Shown here piece after piece: positions 54,445-64,000 of a stretch of 64,000 nt of DNA (its first letter is position 1; every line of letters begins with the position of its first letter). The notes beneath the pieces are model-generated. The model was not told where the DNA came from. It saw only the letters and a list, made by a program, of their open reading frames with translations, and made no database searches. The translations under genes were made by a program, and so were the position numbers. The DNA lies in NCBI GenBank assembly GCA_009914755.4, contig CP086569.2:16832001-16896000 (forward strand). The letters are read 5' to 3'. This DNA is from the human T2T-CHM13v2.0 reference genome, Homo sapiens.

Positions 54445-56184
54445 TCAATGTTTACCTTTTTTACACCGTGGGCAAATAGTACTAGGTGTTTTTTGTAAAT
54501 TTGGAGTTTGTGGAGCAGGTTGTTGGGGATTAGCATTAAGTAAAGGACACGATTTTTTAAAGTGTCCTACTCCCCCACATTTGTAGCAAGTACCAAGAAA
54601 AGTATTGGGCACACCTGTTGTAGGAACATTGAGAATAACAGCAGCAGCTTTTAAAGATGAGGTCATGGCTTGAGCCCTGAGCATAGCTTTATGAGTTTCA
54701 GAACCAATACCATCACAGGCTCTAATGTAGGAAGGAATGATGGCATCATCAGGTGTGTTTTGGGTTTTACGACGTAATGGTCATATGGCAGCCTGACACT
54801 TAGTGTTAGCATTTTCAAGCGCCATAAGTCGGATAACCACATCTCTTGCTCTAGTATCAGAAATAGCCTTTTCAGCAGCATCTGTGAGTTAAGCCATGAA
54901 ATCAGGATAGGGTTCAGAAGGACCTTGTTTAATAGCACTAAAAGATAAAGGGGCCTTGCCTGTGTCTTGAATACATTCTCATGCTCGTAAACACACTTGA
55001 GTTACCTGAGTTAAAATACGTTGACTATATTCCAATTGTCGAGCAAGTATATTCCACAAATCACTAGTACCCATAAGCATATCATAAGGCACTTCAGTCT
55101 CATTTTCAAAATTTATCGAAGTTTGAATCATGGCCTCTTCTGACCACAATATCTTAAATTGTAGGAATCAAGAAGGGGTAAGAGAAGCATGAGCTAACAA
55201 ATTCCAGTCAATAGGAACAAGTTGTTTTTCAGTGGTAAGGGAATGTAGAACAGTTTTAACATAAGGAGAATTTGGTCCATATTGATCACAAGCAGCTTTA
55301 AAATCCTTAAGGAGTTGTACAGAGAAAGATTCATAATATCACCGGCCTTTAGCTGTGCCTTTTCCCCACCCTCCTGCACCTTCACACTTAGAGGCTATGG
55401 CTATGGGGAGCTGCCAGACATCCAAACCACTAGAAGCCATAGCTCTACACATTGCCTCCTGAATAGAAGTGCGGACAGGTCTAGCAGGGGCAGAAGAAGA
55501 GAGAGAAGGAGAGTGGGAGCTCCAGGATGTGGAGTGGGGGGAAGCAGGGTTCCACGTCTCTGAAAGAAGGGGTCCCGGAGCGTCAAAAGAAACAGTGGGC
55601 TTAAAAGAGGGGAGTGGTCCAAAAGGATGAGAGGAATGAGAAACAGACCATTCAGAAGAATGACACACGTCCTCCTCTGGCAGAGGGGGCAACAGCTTAG
55701 TAGAAGAAGAGTTAACATATACAGGTTCCATGATAGGAGGTGGAGGGAGGGGATCATCACCATGTTCCTCCTCTTGGGGAGAAAACAAGGAGAAATTAGA
55801 TTCTTCTTCATCATCAGAAAGAGTACTAGTAAGGGGGTCATCTACCCGAAGTTAAAGGGGAGGTTCACCATCCACGTTAACTTCTGGCAGTTGAAGAGGA
55901 TTACCAGACTGAAAAGGAAGTAAAGCAACACAAATAAGAGCCCAGTCAGTCCAAACAGAAATAGGAAGTAAAACACCATCTCTCATGAATTGGCAGAGTG
56001 TGGCACCAACTCTATCCCAGTCTAACAGGTCCATAGAACCTTTGTCAGGGAACCAAGGACAATATTTTTCAATAGTCTGAAATAAGAGAACAAGATTATT
56101 GGAATCAGCCTTGATTCCACCCTGTTTAAGAAGAAGTTTCATAAAAGACGGATAAGCCTGGTGTTTAAACTGTGATTGTCCCAT
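54445..56184 (-). pseudogene. gag: gag (MA-CA-NC) with frameshifts and a premature stop
   Basis: The start (56184) reads MGQSQFKHQAYPSFMKLLLKQGGIKADSNNLVLLFQTIEKYCPWFPDKGSMDLLDWDRVG, collinear with the HERV-K Gag N-terminus. The NC zinc knuckles are GTCYKCGGVGHFKKSCP and CPRCKKGKH (54445-54684). The Trp codon that follows KGKH in HERV-K is a stop here. Confidence 0.85.
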
Positions 56185-56324
56185 GATAACCCTGGAATAT
56201 TACCAGTTGACAAACCCAAAAAGAGGGGAGAGTTGGAAAAAGCGTACCCAGAGACCTTACCATTGAGACTGAAGACTAGTCATCACTAGTGCACTCGGAG
56301 TGCACTGAATGGAGGAACAAAGAA

Positions 56325-56342
56325 GGCCACGTTGGGTGTCAG
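56325..56342 (-). promoter_or_regulatory. Primer binding site, tRNA-Lys-like
   Basis: The minus strand reads TCTGACACCCAACGTGGCC immediately 3' of the 5' LTR. This resembles the HERV-K PBS TGGCGCCCAACGTGGGGC. Confidence 0.6.
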
Positions 56343-57237
56343 ATATTGTGGGATCTGGTCAACAGCCTGAAATGCAATGGAGTGCTCTTTTTGTTTCCAG
56401 GCAGATCGGCAGGTTGAGAAATAATAGATACACACAAGATAGTGAAAGCTGGGTCCGGGGAGTCACCGCCTTCTGGTCCCACAGTGCCAACAATGCACTG
56501 GATATACCAGCATTTATTATTAAGTTTAGTGAGGGTGGGGGTAGGTTACTGAGGGATTTAGGGTCATTTGATTATGAGGTGAGATGGTCACATGGGGATG
56601 AAGTAATTATTTAACATAACATTTGTATGTAAAAGTACAGTACATTTATATGCAGAAGTACAGTATACAGAGATAAGAACTTACAATATAGTGTGTGTGT
56701 CAGTAATTTCTAACAGAGGCTTAAAACAGAAACACAATCTTTCCATAACCTATGATTAGCAAGATATTAATCAGCAGTAACAATTGCAACAAAAGCCGGT
56801 TACAAACAATACATGGAAACAGGATGTGAAGCTAGACAACTGGTTAGACCAGAAATTCTCAGAAGGGAGTATGTCTTAACCCTAAAGAGGCCTAGAAGAG
56901 CTGCAGCAAGATGAGGGTGTTTATAGCCCTATCTTATCCATATGGACAGGTGTCCCCCATGCATCTGTTTATAGGCTCTCCACAAGGGTCACATTCCATT
57001 CCCAAAGCTATGAACATCTGCTTTTCTGGGATAGGAATCTTGGTGATGTGAAAGCTCCCTGACTGCACATCCATTCATAGGCTCTCTGCAGGGGGAAGCA
57101 CATCACCTGCTGTTGGCTCATTCTGGCAGTCCAACCTGGCATTGTTTTTACACAATCCTGCATGTAATTTTGTATTTACAATTATCAGGAGCATTTCATC
57201 TTTTATTCCATAGTAATAGTTTCAGGGGGTCTCCCTA
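56343..57237 (-). repeat. Provirus 5' LTR (895 bp)
   Basis: See the 3' LTR entry. Its outer end abuts the tattctac direct repeat. Confidence 0.9.
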
Positions 57238-58379
57238 TATTCTACTTGATTAGTTTCAGGCAGGGAAAAGAAATGAAAACCACTGGCTAACATAATGGCT
57301 AGAATTTGAAAATAAGGGCAATATCAAATGTTGGAGAAAATGTAGACCAACTGAAAATCACACTCACATCTGCTGGAAATGAAAATTGGGCAGCTACTTT
57401 GGAAAAACTGGTACCTTACCCAAAATTTAAACATACAACTATTTGTGACCCAGCAATTTCATACCCAGAAAAACTAGCTAAATACATTCACTGAAATAGA
57501 TGTATTAACTCCCAAAAAACTCCACAGCTAGTCAAATGGCCTCTCATATCAATATGAAGAAACAGCTTATGCTGTATTTATACAAGGAAATACTCTAAAG
57601 TAATAGGAAAATACAAACAACAACTACACAAAAAATATGAATAAATCTCTAAACAATGTTAACTAAAAGCCACCAGAAACAAAATGTTAAATACTATCCA
57701 GTTTTCTTTAAATAAAGTCACAACATATGCAAAGCTAATCAGTGTTGCTAAAATCAGTCTTGTGCCTGTGCTCAGAGTAGGTGGTAACTATAGGAGGTTG
57801 AGCACAAGTTACTGGGTGCTGGAAATGTCCAGTTTCTTAATCTGAATGCTGGTGACATGATTTTTCTATTCAGGCAAATTCATCAAGCTGCATATATTGG
57901 TCTTTGCATTTTTCTCAATGTACATGATACACCAATCAAAAGTTTCTGAAGCCCAAAAGAGAGAGGGCAAAGTATTTTGGAGGAAGGGAAACAATTTATA
58001 AAATGAATACACAGGGGGAGATAACCTCAGCTGAACATATTTTACGTGGTAAAGTGAAAAGAAAAAAAAAACCTCAGAGTTTGTGTAGAGCTTCCTTTCT
58101 TTAAAGGTAGTTTATTTCTATTTCTATTTTAGCTAGAATGCTTTTCTCATTGACAAATAAAAATTGTATACACTTACCATGTACATCAAACTACATGAGA
58201 AAAAGGTAAATGTTGGAGTGATTTATTTTCACATGCAAAGGCAATGTTTCAGATAAAAGACAATCTTTATTAAGACTTTAATTCAAAGCTGTCTGGAAAA
58301 TAATTTGGGTCTTTCTCCATGATCTTCTCCCAGCTCCTCACTGTGTCCTTCTCATAGCATTTGATAATGCATTGAACAT

Positions 58380-58440
58380 ATGTGCCAGTTACTAAACTAT
58401 ATATATACATATATATATAGTATATATAATATATATATAT
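58380..58440. repeat. (TA)n-rich microsatellite
   Basis: atatatatacatatatatatagtatatataatatatatatatatag. Confidence 0.85.
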
Positions 58441-58877
58441 ATAGCGACCTCTCTGGTTTGGTTTTATGCTTATTGCTATCTCCATGGTTGCTTTGACAAC
58501 TCTTTGTCTTATCACAATTGCCTTTCAAGTCTTTTTCTAATTTTCTTCTTGTCCTAAGAGCTTTTAGATCCTCCGGACAGGTGAAACTGTTTCTGTGGTT
58601 TGCACCCACAAACACCTATTTTATGCCTCCTTTCCTTGTCTCCCTAGAGAAACCACAAAGTTTTGCAGGACATCCTCACCAAAGCTGTTACCCATTGCCT
58701 GATCCATAGATGACATCTCAAATTGTGTTGAGTTAATAGAAGATTTAAACGTCAAACAATAAGTTGGCAAATTGTACAAAGTGAAGAAGAATTTGCTTTT
58801 AAACAGGAGTCTGCATATGAGCTTTGCGAACCAAATAGAATTCAGTGCATCTATTTTAATCTTCATGCTGGGGATAT

Positions 58878-59300
58878 CCCCATGTATATACATATGTATA
58901 TATGCATATACATGTATATACATATGTATATATGCATATACATGTATATACATGTGTATATGTATACATATATGTACATATACATATGTGTATATGTATA
59001 TACATATGTGTATGTACACATATATGTGTATATGTATATGCATATGTGTATGTACACATATATGTGTAGATGTATATACATATGTGTATGTACACTTATA
59101 TGTGTAGATGTATATACATATGTATATGTACACATATATATGTATATGTATATACATGTGTATGTACACATATATGTGTATATGTATATACATGTGTATG
59201 TACACATATATGTGTATATGTATATACATCTGTATATGTACACATATATGTGTATATGTATATACATGTGTAGATGTATATACATATGTATATGTATATG
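58878..59300. repeat. Minisatellite (period about 38 bp) built from TRTA/TGTA units
   Basis: Repeating gtgtatgtacacatatatgtgtatatgtatatacat with variants. It accounts for several Cys/Tyr/Ile/His-rich artefact ORFs (58621-59433). Confidence 0.85.
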
Positions 59301-59689
59301 CAGAAACTCACCAGGCTTGCACCTTCTTGTCTTCATCAGTGGGTCCTACTTCATGAAGCTAAGACCCATGTTCTACAGTGTCGCAGCTCAAAGGGCACAT
59401 GCTTTGTTTAATGCTCTGCTATTGTGGCCTTGAAATCCTTTATTTAGAAACACTGGGACATTCATTTTCATTTTTCCTGAACCCCATAAATTGTGTAGGT
59501 GGTCCTGTTCATCACAAATATAAAAATATGTTGCCAAGCAACATGAAAAAGTCTAAATGCCATTTTTTTTTTTCTAAAGACAAGGTCTAAAGCAGAAGGA
59601 AAGATTCATTTTGGAATGGATCTTTTTTTGCAGTTGCAGCATAGTAATGTAGAATTCAGGGCTATCGATATTTCACTATTTATTTATTG

Positions 59690-59835
59690 AGATAAGGTCT
59701 TGCTGTGTAACCCAGGCTGGAGTGCAGTGCTACAATCATAGGTCACTGAACCTTCAACCTCCTGGTCTCATGTGACCTTCCTGCCCCAGCCTGCCAAAGC
59801 ACTGGGATTATAGGCATGCACAACTGCACCTGGCC
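59690..59835 (-). mobile_element. Alu-like monomer fragment
   Basis: gagataaggtcttgctgtgtaacccaggctggagtgcagtgctacaatcataggtcactgaaccttcaacctcctgg...gcactgggattataggcatgcacaactgcacctggcc. Confidence 0.6.
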
Positions 59836-60310
59836 TCTGACATTGTACAATTTAGTATTTCACACTTGTCATACCAAGACCCTAAGCATATTTTAAAACA
59901 AAAAAAATCTCAAAAATGGAAAGAGTATTATCTGCAACTAAGCACTAAAAAGGACATCATCTAGCCATTGCATCTTTATAGAACCAACAAAGAGAGCATC
60001 TAGGCAAATACTACATTTGCGATCTCACAATAAGAGTTACATAGCTCAGAGCCAGAACCATGTTGAGATGTAATCATCCATTTCTAAGCTCAGTCACTGC
60101 TTAAAATTTAAACTAATTTTCTCTGCCTTCAAACCTCATCGGTAAACTGGATCTCATGGGTAAGACAATCCTACTACAAATCATCTGAATGACAATGTAG
60201 TAAGTCAAACTCATATAGAAAATAAAAACCCATATACATCTCATATATGTTTAGAATCTTTAAATAATATAATATAGTATATTTTATATTACATATAACA
60301 GATTGTACTT

Positions 60311-60745
60311 TTTATTTATTTTTATTTTTTGGAGACAGAGTCTTTTTCTGTTGCACAGGCTGGAGTGCCATGGTGGATTTTGGCTTACTGCCACCTACAC
60401 CTCCCAGTACAAGCGATTCTTCTGCCTCAGCCTCCCACATACCTGGGATTACAGGCATCTGTGACCATGCTCAGCTAATTTTTGTATTTCTAGTAGAGAT
60501 GGGATTTTGCCATGTTGGCCAGACTGGTCTTGAACTCCCAACCACAAGTGATCTCTCTGCCTGGGCCTCCCAAATTGCTGATATTAAAGGCATCTTCCAC
60601 CATGGCTAGCTAATTTTTGTATTTCTAGTAGAGACAGGATTTCACCATGTTGGCCAGGCTGGTCTGAAACTCCTAAACTCAAGTGACCTCTCTGCCTTGG
60701 CCTCCCAAAGTGCTAGGATTACAGGTGTAGGCCACCATGCCCTGC
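60311..60745 (-). mobile_element. Alu SINE with tandemly duplicated arm, or two adjacent Alu pieces
   Basis: A full Alu antisense runs to about 60600 (...aaaggcatcttccaccatggctagc). A second copy follows: taatttttgtatttctagtagagacaggatttcaccatgttggccaggctggtctgaaactcc...gtgctaggattacaggtgtaggccaccatgccctgcc. Confidence 0.85.
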
Positions 60746-61221
60746 CTGTACTTTATATTTTAGTTGAGGAGTAAATGTTTCTGTTTATCTTGAAAATGGC
60801 GGTGCATGAGTTTTAAATAATACAACAAAAAAATCATGTTAAATCCAATTGTATTTGTGCTTGTCCCACAGGTTTCTGTGATCTTTAGAGCCATTTTATA
60901 ATGATCTTCTCAGAAAGTATCATTCGTTACACTCTCCATCTTTCAAGGTTCCCTCATTACCTAAGGAGACAGTATGAAGGTCTGAAAATTGCTAATGATT
61001 TAAACATCTTTATATCTTTCTTGCATGTTTCTTTTTCTTTCTGTATTTCAGTGTATACCACTCACTCAGAGAAGGGTTGCCCTATTAGAGCCTTTAAGAA
61101 CAATGGTGAATTTAAGAATTGGATGTTGAAATATTCAATTTAACAATAAATTTTAAAATTTAAAATTTATTTGGATTTTCTCCTTTAATTTGATTAGCTA
61201 TAACAAAGACAATTTTGCTGG

Positions 61222-61905
61222 TGTGTTAGTCTGTTCTCACACTACTGAGGCTGGGTGATTTATAAAGGAAGGGGATTTAATTGGCTCACAGTTCTTCAGG
61301 CCAGTAGGTCTCAGAAAACTTACTGTCTTGGCAGAAAACAAGTGGGGAGGCAGGAACATTTTACATGTCTGGAGCAGGAGGAAGAGAGAGTGAGGAGGGA
61401 GGTGCCACACACTTTTTTTTTTATTTATTTTGAGACAGAGTCTCACTCTGTTGACCAGGCTGGAGTGCATTGGCTGGATCTCAGCTCACTGCAAGTTCTG
61501 CCTCCCAGGTTTTTATTCCATTCTCCTGCCTCAGCCTCCCAAGTAGCTGGAACTAGAGGCATCCACCACCACGCCCCACTAATTTTTTTGTATTTTTAGT
61601 AGAGACTGGGTTTCACCGTGTTAGCCAGAATGGTCTCATTCTCCTGAGACCATGATCCACCAGCCTCAGCCTCCCAAAGTGCTGGGATTACAGGAATGAG
61701 CCACCACACCCATCTGGTGCCACACACTTTTAAACAACCAGATCTCATGAGAAATCCATCATGAGACTGCACTAGGGGGTTGGTGCTAAACCATTAGAAA
61801 CCACCCACATGCTCCAATCATCTCCCACCAAGCTTCAACTCCAACACTGGGGATTACAATTTAACATGAAATTTGTGTGGGGACACGTAGCCAAACTAAA
61901 TGAGC
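61222..61905 (-). mobile_element. MaLR LTR (THE1/MST-type) interrupted by an Alu
   Basis: tgtgttagtctgttctcacactactgaggctgggtgatttataaaggaaggggatttaattggctcacagttc... runs to ggtgccacacactttt. After the Alu it resumes ...taaacaaccagatctcatgagaaatcc...ggggattacaatttaacatgaaatttgtgtggggacacgtagccaaac. Confidence 0.8.
61417..61716 (-). mobile_element. Alu SINE inserted in the MaLR LTR, with a perfect 16-bp target-site duplication
   Basis: Target-site duplication ggtgccacacactttt occurs at 61401-61416 and again at 61717-61732. The Alu is antisense with a poly-T lead. Confidence 0.9.
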
Positions 61906-63329
61906 TGGAGTCAGATACAAACTGTGTGTCTCTCAACAGCAGCAGCACTTACGAATTTCTTTAAGTATTTGGTCATCTCTAACTGTGTAAATAGAAAGCT
62001 ATATAGCTTACATAAGTTTAACACAAGGTAGTATCCATAATACTCATCAAGATGTGTATATGGAGACATGGTATCCTCTCTTTATTCTTGTTATTATTAG
62101 AAGAAAGTCTTTGCTTTCTGGTTAAGTGGTTCAGATTTATTTAAAGCAATATGTGGGGTGTTTGTTTCTCGGTGGCAGGAACCTGTGGCAGATGTCCATT
62201 TGAACTGTATTTCAGTGCAGTAATATCCATAATTCACTGTTTCAGATTATTGTGGTTTAGCTGTATGGATGTCCAAGGCTGATAAATCCCTTAATTTTAA
62301 GTGAGATTTCTATAAGATTGGTTTTCCATACTATACTTCATGTTCTATGGTATCAACAACAAATTGCAAAATCTCTTGTCTTTCTTACATGTGGGTTTAT
62401 TTCAGAAATAGTACAATAGACACTAGATGATGAAACATGAAACTTTTACTAAAACCATACTGTGTGAAGTTTTCTGTTATTCAGGAAGAATACAACAAAG
62501 CCTTGTCACATCAGTTAAACTGAGAAGTGTCATAGCATGCATTAAATTGAGTATTGTATAGAAGCTAATGATTGTGATTATTATTTCTTAGAATAATATA
62601 AGGAAACCCCAAGAATTCCTGTATTCAGATTTTGTCTTGATTTGGAAGAGATTGAGCTATTTCCTGCATTGGTAAGGACTGAATTGCTCCAGTTCATTTG
62701 TTGTTGTTTTTTTGTATTTGTTTTTGTTTTTTCTTGAAATCGTAGGATAAATGTGCCTGGCAGAAAAAAAGTGGAGAATTGTTTCACAAGTGTGACATCT
62801 ATGGCTCATTCACAATCCCTAGTTGCTTCTTAAAATATAGATTAACAGACCTCATTTCTAAGGCTTCTGACTCAGCAGGTCTGAAACAGTGCCTGAGAAT
62901 TCAAATCTCTAAGAAGTAACAAGTTATGTGGCTGATGGCAGAGGGATCTGAGCAGAACAACCTTTCATTATCTTTCCTAGTATAGCCAGATTTCCCACTA
63001 GCACAGCGTGCTTCCTTGTTTAATGTGAATCTGTTTCATCTCATGTTTCTCAAATACTTGGTATTTCTTGGGAACCAGAGCATCTCTATAATTCAGAATG
63101 TTGATCAGGACCAGTGGCTGGAATATCTCAGTTTGGCCACCTGAAACACACTCATGACCCAGGCAGAGAAGTGGGAATCCCATTGCAAGATCTAGCAATT
63201 TCCAAAAGGGTGGGAGCAGGGAGCTAATGGGATTGTTGCCACTTATCAGATCTGTCCTTTGCATTGTAATGCATGGAGGTGGTGGTTTCTTTCCATTGTG
63301 TGTGACCAGAGCAGGCAAGAACCACCCAC

Positions 63330-64000
63330 TATCTGGCCCCAACACTAGTAGTCTCCTCCCATTAACAATTGCTACAAAGACAATAAAATACTTAGGAATA
63401 CAACTTACAGAAGATGAGAAGGACCTCTTCAAGGTGAACTACAAACCACTGGTCAAGGAAATAAGAGAGGATACAAACAAATAGAAAAATATTCTGTGCT
63501 TATGGATAGGAAGAATCAATATTGTGAAGATGGCTATACTGCCCAAAGTAATTTATAGATTCAATGCTATTCCCACCAAGCTACCACTGAATTTCTTCAC
63601 AGAATTAGAAAAATAAAATTTAAATTTCATATGGAACCAAAAAAGACCTTGTATAGTCAAGATAATCTTAAGCAAAAAGGACAAATTGGGAGGCACCATG
63701 CTCCCTGACTTCAAACTATACTCCAAGGCTAAGGTAACCAAAACAGGATGGTACTGATACCAAAACAGATATATAGACCAATGGAACAGAACAGAGGCCT
63801 CAGAAATAACACTACACATCTACAATCATCTGATCTTTGACAAACCTGACAAAAACAAGCGATGAGGAAAGGACTCCCTATTTAATAAATGGTGTTGGGA
63901 AAACTGGCTAGCCATAAGCAGAAAACTGAAACTGGACCCCTTCCTTACACCCTATATAAAAGTTAGCTAAAGATGGTTTAAAGATTTAAACATAAGACCT
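63330..64000 (+). mobile_element. L1 ORF2 internal fragment, runs off the window end
   Basis: ...[33 protein letters not shown]...[35 protein letters not shown]... The minus-strand ORF at 62998-63432 ([16 protein letters not shown]...) is the usual L1 antisense frame. Confidence 0.8.

Larger units (their letters stand above)
47895..57237 (-). mobile_element. HERV-K-like (HML supergroup, betaretrovirus-like) endogenous provirus, LTR-gag-pro-pol-env-LTR, about 9.34 kb
   Basis: Two collinear 900-bp LTRs lie at 47895-48797 and 56343-57237. An 8-bp direct repeat tattctac sits at 47887-47894 and 57238-57245. The internal genes occur in retroviral order on the minus strand, with HERV-K-type motifs in every gene (see sub-features). 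Confidence 0.92.

Noticed and set aside
55282-56614. Plus-strand ORFs inside the provirus (55282-55563, 55627-55923, 56309-56614) and in the 3' LTR (47923-48141)
   Set aside because: They are antisense to gag or lie within LTR sequence. They are Arg/Gly-rich or low-complexity with no domain resemblance, and the LTR pair are the same LTR sequence read twice.

Overview
This window is primate, almost certainly human, nuclear DNA and not a prokaryotic locus. It carries many Alu SINEs, L1 LINEs of several ages, ERVL-MaLR (THE1/MST-type) LTRs, a MADE1 MITE, a mariner-like transposase relic and abundant micro- and minisatellites. Interspersed repeats and simple repeats cover well over half of it. 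I found no convincing host protein-coding exon, rRNA or tRNA gene, CRISPR array or any bacterial-style system. The provided ORF track is dominated by retroelement ORF fragments, L1 antisense frames and translated microsatellites.

The most notable object is a nearly complete HERV-K-like (betaretrovirus-like, HML supergroup) provirus on the minus strand at about 47895-57237. It has two 900-bp LTRs of roughly 92-93% identity, an 8-bp target-site duplication, a tRNA-Lys-like primer binding site and a polypurine tract. Recognisable but interrupted gag, pro/dUTPase, pol and env genes remain.

Other structures worth a look:
- A 5'-UTR-complete but internally deleted L1PA nested inside an older L1, with a target-site duplication.
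- An L1 carrying a twin-priming 5' inversion.
- An Alu inserted into a MaLR LTR with a perfect 16-bp target-site duplication.
- A diverged local 200-bp duplication about 4 kb apart that includes an Alu junction.
- A pair of oppositely oriented copies of one LTR-like repeat family. One has a 50-bp-unit minisatellite array. The other has large (GATA)n arrays split by a THE1 insertion, plus an internal inverted duplication able to form a long hairpin.

All coordinates are approximate (about +/-10 bp) because they were read by eye.
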